Assembly: GCA_963735035.1 (NCBI GenBank) | Contig: CAVTJJ010000004.1 | Coordinates: 384,001-448,000, forward strand | Reading direction: 5' to 3' | Length of the DNA stretch: 64,000 bases | Origin: an uncultured candidate division Zixibacteria bacterium | Lineage (GTDB): Bacteria; Zixibacteria; MSB-5A5; GN15; FEB-12 | Shown: in pieces, positions 50,925 through 61,514 of the stretch | How the letters are laid out: each line of letters starts with the position of its first letter | How positions within the stretch are numbered: the first letter of the stretch is position 1 | Made by a program: the position numbers and the translations under genes | Notes under the pieces: model-generated | Told to the model about the DNA's origin: nothing | Database searches by the model: none | Seen by the model: the letters and a program-made list of their open reading frames with translations, nothing else

Positions 50925-51035
50925 GTGGCTGGTGGACGTCCCCACATACGCGGGTCTCCTAGTAGTGGCTGGTGGACGTCCCCGTCCACCAGCATGGTAA
51001 GCCAGTTGGCGGACCGGGAGGTCCGCCAACCACGG
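50925..51035. repeat. REP cluster
   Basis: GTGGCTGGTGGACGTCCCC twice and GGCGGACCGGGAGGTCCGCC. Confidence 0.8.
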
Positions 51036-51154
51036 TAATTCCCGCTCATGAGGTCGCCTAAACTTGGCGGACAACCTTCCGATAATCCGAAGACAAGGGG
51101 AATAGTCTGACCGGTCGTTTAAGATCGGCCTAAACATAACGAGGACAAGGCACA

Positions 51155-52384
51155 ATGTATACTCAGCAGACGTCGCGGATGGCTTCCGGCATGATCTACG
51201 CAGGCACCTTTCTGGTCGCAGTGCTATCATTCTTTACGACCTATCAAGGCCTCACAATCTTTCTGGACAAATGGCTGGCTTTGATCGGCTCGCTGGGCCT
51301 CCAGACCGCCATGCTCGGAATCGCGTGGAGTTTGATGCGGGTGCGGAAGAATCGTCTGAGCTATGTATTCGTCTTCTGTGCCGTGGCGGCCTTCTCGATG
51401 TTCTTCTCGTACGCCAATTTCAACAACCGCCTGAAAGGTGAACTACGGGCTCAGGAAGCCCGCGCGTCGTATGCCGATTCGGCTCGTCCGGTCTTGCGCG
51501 ACTACGCCGCCTTGGCCAAGAAAGCGGTCAATCACGGTGAATACCAGGTCCAGCGCCTGAATGCGCTTCTGGCGATGGAAGAAAGCAAGGGATGGGCGAC
51601 AGTCATCGACGAAGGCTCCAACGATCCGCTGCTGCAATCGGTCATTGACGGTGCCCGGCGGACGGTCGAATCATGGAACAAGAATCAGGGAGAGACGTAC
51701 CAGCAGGGTTCCGGTCGCGGAATCATCCTGGATTATCTGCGCAACTGGGAAACCCAGGTCGGTAATCAAGTAAGTGCGATGAAAGAATATACCACCGTGA
51801 TAGACTCGATGTCGCTCCGTCTTGGTTCCGAAGTTCCCGTGGCGACTCAATACGAAATGGTTAACTGGGCGGCGGTGAATTTCCCCCAGAGCGAGTTTCG
51901 CATGATCCTGGCGGTCGAGCCGACTCTGTCCGAGCCGCCGTTTACGTCGGCGTATGTCGAGACCCCGGCCAACGGCCAGCAGGCGCTGAGCCTGGTGATC
52001 GGTGACATGGCGCATCCGGATAAGCTGACGTCATTCTCGATCATATTCGCGGTGGTCATAGATCTGATGGTATTGATCATGGCGTTGTGTGGATCACGCG
52101 CTGCGGGCGGAATCGATGAGATCTTCACGAAGTTTGAGCAGGATGCGAGTCAACGGTTGAAGAAGATGTCTACTGATGATCCCCGCGAGTTCACCGAATC
52201 GATGCGTCAGAACATCGAATGGTTGCGCCAGGCGGGCGAGTACAGCAAGAATCTTGAAGAAGCGCTGAAGGAGTTTCAGCACACGAAGGACCGGATCACG
52301 TTGATTCGCGGCGAAGAGAAACCGGAGACGCGCGCGGTGACCGCTCAGCCCGGCACTTCCGAAAGGAAACGGATCGTAATCTGA
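51155..52384 (+). CDS. Hypothetical membrane protein (three TM, helical domain, TM, helical tail)
   Basis: 409-aa ORF with host-like codon usage; no family recognised. Confidence 0.75.
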   Translation: MYTQQTSRMASGMIYAGTFLVAVLSFFTTYQGLTIFLDKWLALIGSLGLQTAMLGIAWSLMRVRKNRLSYVFVFCAVAAFSMFFSYANFNNRLKGELRAQEARASYADSARPVLRDYAALAKKAVNHGEYQVQRLNALLAMEESKGWATVIDEGSNDPLLQSVIDGARRTVESWNKNQGETYQQGSGRGIILDYLRNWETQVGNQVSAMKEYTTVIDSMSLRLGSEVPVATQYEMVNWAAVNFPQSEFRMILAVEPTLSEPPFTSAYVETPANGQQALSLVIGDMAHPDKLTSFSIIFAVVIDLMVLIMALCGSRAAGGIDEIFTKFEQDASQRLKKMSTDDPREFTESMRQNIEWLRQAGEYSKNLEEALKEFQHTKDRITLIRGEEKPETRAVTAQPGTSERKRIVI

Positions 52385-52530
52385 TTCATGGTACCCCACC
52401 CAGCCGGTGGGGTTTTCATATACAGCAATAAGATCTCGGCACCCCACCCAACAGGGGGGGGCTTCAGTCCTAATTCTTGCAACTCCGGCGCAACGTCGCC
52501 CGTATAGTCCAGATATCAGGAGGAAGCGCT

Positions 52531-53460
52531 ATGATCCGTTCAATGTCAATACTTACCGTTATAGTCGCATTTATGGGTACAGCGTCTGTTGCTGATGACG
52601 CCGCGACCCCGCCGGTTCTTATAGGCGAATATATGGGACAGAAGCCGCCTGGCACGACCCCGGAGTTCTTCGCCGAAGGGTTTGTCAACACGCCCATGGA
52701 TATGCACGGCCAGATCGTGTTCACACCTGATCTTAAGGAGGCCTTTTGGCACCCGGACCGGCCGAAAGGGCTGTACTTCTCAAAAATGGAAGACGAAGTA
52801 TGGACCGCGCCCGCCGAGATCTCCTTCGTGGAAGGATTGATGCATGATGCTCCGTGCTATTCAGTCGACGGCAACAAGCTATTCTTCGCGGCGGCGGTCA
52901 TTGGAGCGTCCGGTATGACCGAAAGCGACAGATTTTATCATGTCGAGAGGGCAGGCGGCGGTTGGTCCAAGGCACGACCTGTCGACTCCGTGTTCGACGC
53001 TTTTTCACTACACTGGCAGTTCTCGGTTGCCGCCGACGGCAGCATTTATTTTGGAGGCAATCCCAAGGGTACCGAGGGACGCTCGGACATCTGGATATCC
53101 CGATATGAGAATGACCATTATGCTGTGCCGGTCAAGCTGCCGAAGACGGTTGCCTCGGAAGAAGGCGAATTCTCGCCCTGCATTGCTCCGGACGGGAGCT
53201 ATCTGGTTTTCAATCGGATTGCCTTCAAGCCAGGAGGGCCGCCCAGCATGTCACTCTACGTCAGCTTCAAGACCTCCGGTGGCTCCTGGACCGAGTCTTA
53301 CTGTCTGGACACTCTTTTGCAGGGGAAAGGGAATGATCTGAACGCGAAGGTATCACCCGATGGTAAGTATCTGTTCTTCATTCGACGGGGAGGCGCCAAG
53401 AGTGGGACATATTGGGTGAGTACTTCGGTGCTTGATGCTCTGCGGCCGGGCGGGAAGTGA
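52531..53460 (+). CDS. Exported PD40/TolB-like beta-propeller protein
   Basis: YMGQKPPGTTPEFFA, EFSPCIAPDGSYLVF and VSPDGKYLFF motifs; AGGAGG RBS. Confidence 0.85.
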   Translation: MIRSMSILTVIVAFMGTASVADDAATPPVLIGEYMGQKPPGTTPEFFAEGFVNTPMDMHGQIVFTPDLKEAFWHPDRPKGLYFSKMEDEVWTAPAEISFVEGLMHDAPCYSVDGNKLFFAAAVIGASGMTESDRFYHVERAGGGWSKARPVDSVFDAFSLHWQFSVAADGSIYFGGNPKGTEGRSDIWISRYENDHYAVPVKLPKTVASEEGEFSPCIAPDGSYLVFNRIAFKPGGPPSMSLYVSFKTSGGSWTESYCLDTLLQGKGNDLNAKVSPDGKYLFFIRRGGAKSGTYWVSTSVLDALRPGGK

Positions 53461-53479
53461 GTCGGGCGTTCTGTCTGGG

Positions 53480-53603
53480 TCGGCAGGGTTGGAACCCTGC
53501 CGATCAAAGAAGCAGGCTGTCTTCGAATCCCTGAGCCTGTCGAAGGGTGTGGCATCCTTAAGTCAGGCTTCGACCCTTCGACTAGCTCAGGGCTCAGCAT
53601 GAC
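53480..53603. repeat. REP cluster
   Basis: CGGCAGGGTTGGAACCCTGCCGAT, CCCTGAGCCTGTCGAAGGG and CCCTTCGACTAGCTCAGGG. Confidence 0.85.
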
Positions 53604-53847
53604 TTGTTGGTGGGTAGTGGAGTGCTTATCACCATTCCGTGGTTGGTGGACGTCCAGCACGTACAGATTAAATGTGTAGACACTCGCCCGATGTGACAAG
53701 ACAATCCCCTGGTGGATGTTCAATGTGTATCGTCACTGCAGAAAGTTCTTGACCAAGAAATCTACTGTTCATATATTATTGCCACTGGACAGTGGTTCAT
53801 CAATTACATACCTACAGGGTCCATCGGGGCCAGAGGCATACTATATA

Positions 53848-55410
53848 ATGAAGAGGCATTTCACTATTAGCACGATAGTGCTATTTGCGCTTGTCGTGGG
53901 AGTATCTGATGCTGGTGCGGGAGACAATGCTCTGCTTACGAAGAATACTCCGAAGGGCAGAGGTGTCAGCGAGTCTATTACCCCAGCGGGTCGCTTTGGC
54001 CTGGATGCCGCGCGACAATCGGGGTATCGAGGGTCATTGGATATGAAGAGTCTCGAGTCCGTACTCGACAGCGCCACAGGTCTGCCGGTTTTTCGCGCTG
54101 CTGCTCCCAACGATGATCCCAATGATGTCTATTGGGACAATAACCTGGCAGGGGGGACGTCACCATGGATGGGTCTCTCTGGCGTTGTCTATGTCCTTAC
54201 TGAGTACGAAGGCAAACTGATAGTAGGGGGGGCTTTCTCAATGGCTGGCGGTGCTGTGGCCAATTGTATTGCGTCCTGGGATGGAAGCACCTGGACGACA
54301 TTGGGTTCAGGGATGGGTGGATCCGTTCCCTATGTCCTTGCGCTGATCGTTTACGATGGGAAGCTGATAGCTGGAGGGCAATTCACAACAGCCGGTGGAG
54401 TGGCAGCGAACAACATGGCGTCGTGGGACGGGAGCAATTGGTCGCCGCTGGGATCTGGGTTGGGAGGGGCAACTTCCGCGGTCATTGACCTGACTGTTTA
54501 CGACGGAAGATTGATAGCTGGTGGCGAGTTCACAATGGCCGGAGACGAGGCGGTGAACAACATTGCCTTCTGGGATGGGAGCGGTTGGATGCCATTAGGG
54601 TCAGGGGTCGGAGGATCTACTTCCTCGATCTACGGCCTGACCGTTTTCAACGGGAGACTCATGGCAGGAGGCAACTTCACAATTGCCGGAGGTGTGGACG
54701 TGAACCACATAGCGTCCTGGGATGGGAACGGTTGGTCACCCATTGGGCTGGGTATGAATGATGAGGTCTATGTTCTGGCCGAGTACGATGGGAAGCTGTT
54801 CGCGGGTGGCGCTTTCACAATGGCCGGTGGAGTGATGGCAAGCAAAATGGCGTATTGGGATGGGAACAATTGGTCTTCGGTGGGCTCAGGGATAGATGGA
54901 TCTACTTCCACTGTCACTGACCTGACCGTTTACGACGGGAGGCTGATAACCGCAGGCATCTTCACAAAGGCTGGTGACGTGCCGGTGAACAACATAGCGT
55001 CATGGGATGGGAGCGGGTGGTATCCGTTGGGATCGGGAATGGATTATCGGGTCTCTGCGCTGACTCTGTACAACGGAAGCCTGACTGCGGGAGGCGCGTT
55101 CGAAATTGCGGGAAGCAAGATGTCGTTCTATCTGGCGCAATGGTCGAAGAGATGTTGTTCAGGTCGGGTAAGTGATGCAAATCAGAGCGGGGATGATGAG
55201 CCAACGATAGGCGATGTCTCGATCATGATTGATGCCAAGTTCATTACTGGTGCCTGCGGCGGCATTATGACATGTTTGTCCGAGGCCGATATCAATCAAT
55301 CGGGGGGTTCGGAACCGACCTGTGATGACATTACGATCGGCGACATCTCAGCCCTGATCGACTACCTGTTCATCACTGGTTCTTCAAAGGGGCTGCCGAA
55401 CTGTCTGTAG
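53848..55410 (+). CDS. Secreted seven-repeat beta-propeller protein with C-terminal dockerin-like domain
   Basis: Repeats of V..L..Y.G.LIAGG.FT.AG....N.IA.WDG..W..LG.G; CCSGRVSDANQSG...TIGD...EADINQSG...TIGD...YLF. Confidence 0.85.
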   Translation: MKRHFTISTIVLFALVVGVSDAGAGDNALLTKNTPKGRGVSESITPAGRFGLDAARQSGYRGSLDMKSLESVLDSATGLPVFRAAAPNDDPNDVYWDNNLAGGTSPWMGLSGVVYVLTEYEGKLIVGGAFSMAGGAVANCIASWDGSTWTTLGSGMGGSVPYVLALIVYDGKLIAGGQFTTAGGVAANNMASWDGSNWSPLGSGLGGATSAVIDLTVYDGRLIAGGEFTMAGDEAVNNIAFWDGSGWMPLGSGVGGSTSSIYGLTVFNGRLMAGGNFTIAGGVDVNHIASWDGNGWSPIGLGMNDEVYVLAEYDGKLFAGGAFTMAGGVMASKMAYWDGNNWSSVGSGIDGSTSTVTDLTVYDGRLITAGIFTKAGDVPVNNIASWDGSGWYPLGSGMDYRVSALTLYNGSLTAGGAFEIAGSKMSFYLAQWSKRCCSGRVSDANQSGDDEPTIGDVSIMIDAKFITGACGGIMTCLSEADINQSGGSEPTCDDITIGDISALIDYLFITGSSKGLPNCL

Positions 55411-55454
55411 ATTTAGGTAGGGCAGGATCGAATACGAACTGTCCGCCAAGTGTT

Positions 55455-55492
55455 GAGATTGCCACGGTCGCCAAGGGCGGCCCCGCAATGAC
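55455..55492. repeat. REP-like element
   Basis: GAGATTGCCACGGTCGCC...CGCAATGAC; related copy at 61411-61445. Confidence 0.65.
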
Positions 55493-55506
55493 AGATGCGA
55501 GGACTC

Positions 55507-57102
55507 TTATTTCACAGGCTTGCGGATAACATCCAACAGCGTCCCGTCACGCCATTCAATCAGGTGCACAACTTCGTCAGTGGTCTCTGATATAGGTGGT
55601 GTGATGCCGAATCCCGCCGCCTTCTCAAGCGACTTCAGATGCAGTTCCTCAATCGTCACCAGATTGACACCGAAATCCTTCGCCCAGTCCAGGATGGCGC
55701 TCTTATAGCTACTTCGGCTCTTCGGGTTGACCGCAACGTATTCTTCCGTGACAACCACATCGATCACTTCACCGGGTGTCGTTCGCGTGTAGACCTTCTC
55801 GACCACTTTGGGGAATCCCTTACCGTCTTTCCCGGTGGCAAGAGGTAGGAATATGATAGTCAGGTCGGCTCCCGCCGCGACATCCTGGCCGCCGCCGATT
55901 CCGCCGATGATTCGCCCGCCCGCGCAGACGGTGTTCAGATTAAATTCAAGATCGACCTCCAACGCCGACAACACCGCCAGATCGAGCATATTGACGGCGG
56001 ATTCTTTGTTGGCGACCGACGCATAGTAGCCGGTAGTAATCTCGTGATGATTCGGATTGGTGCGGAACGACTCAAACAGCTTGTCGCTGGGCTCGAACAA
56101 TTGACCGTGCATGAGATGGTGGATCGTGCCCTCATTGAGCATGTCGACATGCAATCCGGTGATACCGCCGATTGAGAAATTAGCGCGAATGTTCCCCTGT
56201 TTGAGCATCTCGCGGATGTTTTCGAGAACGATTAGCCCGGCGCCCGAGCCGACCTGGAAGGCGAAATTATCTTTCACCACCCCGGCCGCTTTCATGATTC
56301 GAGTCACATTCTCCGCGACTTGAGCGTTGAATTTGTTCGCACGCGCCTTGGCGACATCGAGAGTGCCTTCGCTGATGCCGGAATTCAGGCCGGGGGGATC
56401 CATCGGCACGACAAAATCCACCCACTCCATAGAGATAGGAGTCGGCATGACGAGGGAGTCGCTCACCGTCCCGGCCAGCAGACATACATATTCGGCGGCT
56501 TCAGCGTCGGCGGTGAATAGTCCCAGCGGGCCGCACAGATGTTCCTTCTTGCCGTAGAGGCCGTTGGCGTTGCCGTGGATATCGGCAATCGGCACCGGAC
56601 CGAAGGCGACTTTCACTTTCACTTCGCCGGTCTGAAGCTTGCGCACCCGGTTGCCGTGGGAGAAACCGACACTGACCCAGGGGAGCAGCCCGCCTTTTAC
56701 AATGTAGTCACCCATCTTGCGATATGGGTTGCCGTAAAGCCCGGTGATAATCCCATCATGGGCGGCGTCGATCAGCCAGGGATCGACATGATCGAACAAC
56801 GCGTTGGCGTAGAGCTTGATATTATGCTTATTGTGTTCGCGTAGCTTCCCGACAATTGCTTCGAGACCCTTGTCGCCCAGGCGATAATAGTGGGGATACG
56901 AGATCGTGTCGCCATCGTTGAGGATTTCAATGACCGCGTCGAGTGTAGTAACTTTGCTCCGGCGATATGGAATAGTTTTGGCGACCGGACGGCCGAGCAT
57001 TCGTTCGTTGTAGGAGTGGGGGGAGAAAGCTCCTTCGAACGGGCGATAGACGTGGCCATTAAAGGTCAGGTCGGAAGTGTGAGCGAGTTTAGTGGTCGAC
57101 AT
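55507..57102 (-). CDS. citF: Citrate lyase alpha subunit-like CoA/ACP transferase
   Basis: DGDTISYPHYYRLGD, SHGNR, CGPLG, FQVGSG, LSALEVDLEFNLN, TTPGEVIDVVVTE and EWRDGT motifs. Confidence 0.8.
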   Translation of the reverse strand: MSTTKLAHTSDLTFNGHVYRPFEGAFSPHSYNERMLGRPVAKTIPYRRSKVTTLDAVIEILNDGDTISYPHYYRLGDKGLEAIVGKLREHNKHNIKLYANALFDHVDPWLIDAAHDGIITGLYGNPYRKMGDYIVKGGLLPWVSVGFSHGNRVRKLQTGEVKVKVAFGPVPIADIHGNANGLYGKKEHLCGPLGLFTADAEAAEYVCLLAGTVSDSLVMPTPISMEWVDFVVPMDPPGLNSGISEGTLDVAKARANKFNAQVAENVTRIMKAAGVVKDNFAFQVGSGAGLIVLENIREMLKQGNIRANFSIGGITGLHVDMLNEGTIHHLMHGQLFEPSDKLFESFRTNPNHHEITTGYYASVANKESAVNMLDLAVLSALEVDLEFNLNTVCAGGRIIGGIGGGQDVAAGADLTIIFLPLATGKDGKGFPKVVEKVYTRTTPGEVIDVVVTEEYVAVNPKSRSSYKSAILDWAKDFGVNLVTIEELHLKSLEKAAGFGITPPISETTDEVVHLIEWRDGTLLDVIRKPVK

Positions 57103-57198
57103 ATTTCAGCCTCACGGAGTTCAGATCTTCAAGGCTGAAATCTACGATACCCGACTTGACTTGGCAAGGGACGTGGACGATGGGTCGTCCAACTAATC

Positions 57199-57627
57199 CT
57201 AGCTTATCTCGACCAATTCGATCTCGAATATCAGCGTTTCGCCCGCCAGATGATGGTTGGCGTCGAGCGTGACATTGTCCCCGTCTATTTTCGTCACCCG
57301 AAGTTCGACCGGACGACCGTCTTCATCTTCGGTCTGAAGTTCCTGTCCGATCTCCGGAACGATTTCGGGCGGAAATTGGCTTCGATGTACTACTGTCACC
57401 AGACGCGGTTGATGCGGGCCGTAGGCTTCATCGGGGGGGATTTCGACCGTGCGGGTTTCGCCGAGGGTCATGCCGATGACCCCGTTCTCGAACCCAGGGA
57501 TCAACTGACCGCGGCCGAGCGTGAACGCGAGCGGCTCGCGTTCTATGGAGGAGTCAAACACCTCGCCCGATTTCAGCCGACCGGTATAATGTACTTTGAT
57601 GTTGTCGCCGTTTTTGACTTGTGACAT
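57199..57627 (-). CDS. FKBP-type peptidyl-prolyl isomerase (SlyD/SlpA-like, no His tail)
   Basis: VHYTGRL..GEVFDSS...LIPGFE...DANHHLAGETL.FEI. Confidence 0.93.
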   Translation of the reverse strand: MSQVKNGDNIKVHYTGRLKSGEVFDSSIEREPLAFTLGRGQLIPGFENGVIGMTLGETRTVEIPPDEAYGPHQPRLVTVVHRSQFPPEIVPEIGQELQTEDEDGRPVELRVTKIDGDNVTLDANHHLAGETLIFEIELVEIS

Positions 57628-57689
57628 GAAATTCTCCGGTTTCGTTTCCGCCTATCGAAGTCGGATTCCGTATGGTCTCTCTACTCTTC

Positions 57690-57822
57690 TTACCCCACAT
57701 AACGGGTGGGATGCTTGAGAATGGGCGGTGCTTTCGTTTATGTCAAACCAACCCGTTGGGTGGAGTACTGTTCTGGAGGTCCGTTCTCAATCATGCTTAC
57801 CCACAGCAAGCTGTGGGGTACC
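57690..57822. repeat. CCCAC..GTGGG-type REP cluster
   Basis: Three related hairpins; similar elements near 24978, 32823, 46413 and 52390. Confidence 0.7.
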
Positions 57823-57871
57823 GTGAATCATCACGATTTAGTGCACCGCTACAATTGTCGTTTCAATCGAC

Positions 57872-59131
57872 TTACGTCCCCATATCCCACGAATTGAGAT
57901 ACTTCTTCTGCTCGGGGGTCAGATGGTCAATCGTGATCCCCATCGACTTCAATTTCAGTCGCGCGATTTCGCGATCGATCTCTTCCGGGACGTTGTACAC
58001 CTGGTGTTTCAACTTGTCGTGAAAGCGGACCACATATTCGGCTGAGAGGGCCTGATTCGCGAAAGACATATCCATCACCATCGCGGGATGTCCCTCGGCA
58101 GCGGAAAGATTCACCAGGCGGCCTTCGGCCAGCAGGCAGACCCGTTTCTTGCCGACTTTGTACTCCACAACATTCGGGCGGAGAGGGGTCATGCTGGACG
58201 AAGCCTTCTCTAGCGCCGGGATATCGATCTCGGCGTTGAAATGCCCCGAGTTCGCCAGTACGACACCGTCTTTCATCTTCTTGATATGTTCTATGCGAAT
58301 GACGTTTAGATTGCCTGTCAGGGTAATGAACAAATCGCCCAGCGGGGCCGCTTTGGCCATCGACATGACATTGTACCCGTCCATGGCTGCCTCTATGGCT
58401 TTCACCGGGTCGATCTCGGTGACGATCACATTCGCACCCATGCCTTTGGCGCGGACGGCCAGACCACGGCCGCACCAACCATAACCCGCCACCACCACGG
58501 TAGAGCCGGCGATAAGCATGTTGGTAGCGCGCAGAACGCCGTCGATGGTAGACTGGCCGGTGCCGTAGCGATTATCGAAGAAATGCTTGGTCTTGGAATT
58601 GTTCACCGCAATCACGGGAAACTCCAGCGCGCTGTCGGCGGCCATTGCGTTGAGGCGAATCACCCCGGTTGTGGTTTCTTCAGTGCCGGCCAGGACGTTC
58701 TCGATCAGCTTCCGTCGGCTCTGATGCAAGGTCGATACGAGATCGCAGCCGTCGTCCATGGTCAGGTGAGGCTTCGTATCTAACGCTTGATTAATATGCT
58801 TGTAGTACGTCTTGTTGTTCTCGCCGTGAATGGCATAGACCGGGACACCAAAGTGTTTGACCAGCGCGGCCGCATTGTCATCCTGAGTAGAAAGCGGATT
58901 GGACGCACACAGAGTGACTTTGGCTCCGCCCGCCTGAAGGGTCCGCATCAGGTTTGACGTTTCAGTAGTCACGTGCAAACAGGCCGCGATATTCAACCCC
59001 TGAAGTGGCTTTTCTTTGGCGAACCTTTCACGGATCAAACGAAGCACCGGCATGGACCGCTCGGACCACTCGATCTTCTTCTTACCGGCGTCGGCCAGTT
59101 TGATGTCTTTGATATCGTATCCCAATGCCAT
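57872..59131 (-). CDS. ahcY: Adenosylhomocysteinase
   Basis: [31 protein letters not shown] and [11 protein letters not shown] motifs. Confidence 0.98.
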   Translation of the reverse strand: MALGYDIKDIKLADAGKKKIEWSERSMPVLRLIRERFAKEKPLQGLNIAACLHVTTETSNLMRTLQAGGAKVTLCASNPLSTQDDNAAALVKHFGVPVYAIHGENNKTYYKHINQALDTKPHLTMDDGCDLVSTLHQSRRKLIENVLAGTEETTTGVIRLNAMAADSALEFPVIAVNNSKTKHFFDNRYGTGQSTIDGVLRATNMLIAGSTVVVAGYGWCGRGLAVRAKGMGANVIVTEIDPVKAIEAAMDGYNVMSMAKAAPLGDLFITLTGNLNVIRIEHIKKMKDGVVLANSGHFNAEIDIPALEKASSSMTPLRPNVVEYKVGKKRVCLLAEGRLVNLSAAEGHPAMVMDMSFANQALSAEYVVRFHDKLKHQVYNVPEEIDREIARLKLKSMGITIDHLTPEQKKYLNSWDMGT

Positions 59132-59133
59132 GC

Positions 59134-60303
59134 TTATGCGTCCTTTGCCAGTTTTGCTGCCACGTTGGTATCTTCCCAGGTGAAACTCTTTTCGGTGCGT
59201 CCGAAGTGCCCATAGGCGGCCGTCAGACGGAATTTCGGCTCGCGCAGTTTGAGCGTCTTGATAATCCCACGCGGGGTGAGATCGAAATGTTTGAGGATCA
59301 ATTGTGCGATTCGCTTCTCCGGAACCTGATGGGTGCCGTCGCAGAAAACCATCAGCGATACCGGTTTGGCGACCCCAATTGCATACGCCACCTGTATCGT
59401 GCACTTGGTGGCCAATCCTGATGCGACCACGTTCTTGGCGATGTACCGCGCCATGTACGACGCCGATCGGTCAACCTTGGTGGCGTCTTTCCCTGAGAAA
59501 GCGCCGCCGCCGTGTGATGCAAACCCGCCGTAAGTATCGACAATGATCTTACGTCCGGTCAGGCCGACATCGGAGATCGGGCCGCCGGTAACGAACTTGC
59601 CGGTCGGGTTGACGAAATACTTGGTCTTGCTGTCCAGCATCTTCTTCGGGATGACCGGGAGAACGACCTGTTCGATTATTTCTTCGCGGGCTTTGTTGGT
59701 GATCTTCTTGCCGGTCCGGTCGAGGATATCCTCGGAGTGCTGTGCGGACACGACTACCGCTTCGATCCGACTCGGTTTGCCGTCGACATACTCAATAGTA
59801 ACCTGGGACTTGCCGTCGGGGCCGAGGTAGGGGAGAATCTCCTGCTTGCGCACTTTGGCCAGACGGCGCGTGAGGCCGTGAGCCAACATGATCGGCATGG
59901 GCATTAGCTCTTTGGTTTCACGACAGGCAAAGCCGGTCATCAGACCCTGGTCGCCGGCGCCCCCTTTGTCGACTCCCTGCGCAATATCGCCAGACTGTCG
60001 GCCGATAGCGTTCAGGATAGCGCAGGTGTCGTGCGTGAAACCGTACTCACGACGGTCATAACCCACGTCCTTAATGACCCCACGGACGATATGATCCGTG
60101 TCGACGTAGCCGGTTGTCGTTATCTCGCCGCCTACTATGACCAGACGCCCCGTGACAAATGTCTCGCAGGCCACCCGACAATTGGGGTCCTGGGACAGGA
60201 GTTCGTCGAGGAAGGCGTCCGAAATCTGGTCCGCCAGCTTGTCCGGATGCCCTTCGGTGACCGATTCTGATGTAAAGAGGAAATTCCCTTTAGACATTCC
60301 CAT
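59134..60303 (-). CDS. metK: S-adenosylmethionine synthetase
   Basis: [19 protein letters not shown] and GGGAFSGKD motifs. Confidence 0.98.
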   Translation of the reverse strand: MGMSKGNFLFTSESVTEGHPDKLADQISDAFLDELLSQDPNCRVACETFVTGRLVIVGGEITTTGYVDTDHIVRGVIKDVGYDRREYGFTHDTCAILNAIGRQSGDIAQGVDKGGAGDQGLMTGFACRETKELMPMPIMLAHGLTRRLAKVRKQEILPYLGPDGKSQVTIEYVDGKPSRIEAVVVSAQHSEDILDRTGKKITNKAREEIIEQVVLPVIPKKMLDSKTKYFVNPTGKFVTGGPISDVGLTGRKIIVDTYGGFASHGGGAFSGKDATKVDRSASYMARYIAKNVVASGLATKCTIQVAYAIGVAKPVSLMVFCDGTHQVPEKRIAQLILKHFDLTPRGIIKTLKLREPKFRLTAAYGHFGRTEKSFTWEDTNVAAKLAKDA

Positions 60304-60347
60304 GCTCCTTTACCGTAGAAACCCGACCCGACCCGGCGGGCCGCTTT

Positions 60348-61322
60348 TTATACCGATTCAACCTCCGATGAGTCCCCGAGATTGGCAACCAGGCAGCCCC
60401 CGCGAAGTTTGACATTGTCGCCGATCAACGAGTCCTTGAGGATCGCATTTTCGATCGTGCAGTTCTTACCGATTATCGAATTGGCAATATGTGAATTTCG
60501 AATGACAGCCCCGTCCGAAATCGACGCCGCCGGCCCGATTTCGGAATTTATGATCTGGGCGCCCGGGTGAATGAACACCGGGCTTTTGATGATGGAACCG
60601 GGGAAGCTCGAATTCTGCCCGAGTTCTTCCACGAGATAGCGATTGGTGGAAAGCAGCGTTTCTTTCTTGCCGCAGTCAAACCATTCGCGCACTTCGTACG
60701 GGACCATGTCAATCCCCTTGTCCAGCATCAACTGAAGCGCGTCGGTGAACTGAATCTCGCCCCGAGTGAGTCGGCCGGATTCGACATGACCGGAAAGCGC
60801 TTCTTTCAACGGGGCGACATCGCGGAAATAATACAGCCCGATTATGGCCAGATTACTCTGCGGATTCTCCGGCTTCTCGATCAGCCGTACGATCCGGCCG
60901 TCTTTCACCGTCACAATACCGAACCGGCAGGGATCGTTCACCGGGAGAACGCCGATGACATTGTTGCCGGCCTTGGAGAATTTGACCAGATCGCAGCGCA
61001 CGATGGTATCGCCGAGGACTACAAGAACGTCGCCGGAGTCGATATCGCTGACCGCCTGGTACAAGGCGTAGCCCAGACCGAGCAACTTTGCCTGCGGGAT
61101 GAAAGTGGTCTTGACCGAGTAATTCTGCCGGACATACTGCTGGATACGCTCGCCCATGTAGCCGATGACGAAGATGATTTCTTCCGGCTGTAGCTTGACG
61201 ATCGGATCGAGCAGATGGGCAATAATCGGCTTGCCGCCTACCTCCAGCAACGGTTTGGGCTGCGAGAAGGTATGCGGTCGGAGCCGGGTGCCGGCACCTG
61301 CCACCGGTATGACAACTTTCAT
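60348..61322 (-). CDS. Sugar-phosphate nucleotidyltransferase with C-terminal hexapeptide repeats
   Basis: IPVAGAGTRLRPHT...PKPL, EKP and WFDCG motifs. Confidence 0.92.
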   Translation of the reverse strand: MKVVIPVAGAGTRLRPHTFSQPKPLLEVGGKPIIAHLLDPIVKLQPEEIIFVIGYMGERIQQYVRQNYSVKTTFIPQAKLLGLGYALYQAVSDIDSGDVLVVLGDTIVRCDLVKFSKAGNNVIGVLPVNDPCRFGIVTVKDGRIVRLIEKPENPQSNLAIIGLYYFRDVAPLKEALSGHVESGRLTRGEIQFTDALQLMLDKGIDMVPYEVREWFDCGKKETLLSTNRYLVEELGQNSSFPGSIIKSPVFIHPGAQIINSEIGPAASISDGAVIRNSHIANSIIGKNCTIENAILKDSLIGDNVKLRGGCLVANLGDSSEVESV

Positions 61323-61514
61323 ATGCGCTCCCAAGTCATAGACCGCCAAGGTAGGCAATGACTCAACGGCTGACAAGAGGCAATCTCATAGCCGGTACTA
61401 AGAGCAGTTCGAGATCGCTACGGTCCGCCGCGAGCCTCGCGATGATCGGTTTCGGGGCGATTTGTTAGGCTCTACTTCGGGGCGGATAAAAGCCCGAAGG
61501 GATGAAAACGAGGT

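Noticed and set aside
54150..55140. Diversity-generating retroelement template/variable repeats
   Set aside because: Repeats are in-frame propeller blades with no adenine-specific mismatch pattern, and no reverse transcriptase is present.
60304..60347. SAM riboswitch upstream of metK
   Set aside because: The gap is only 44 nt and has no recognisable SAM riboswitch core.
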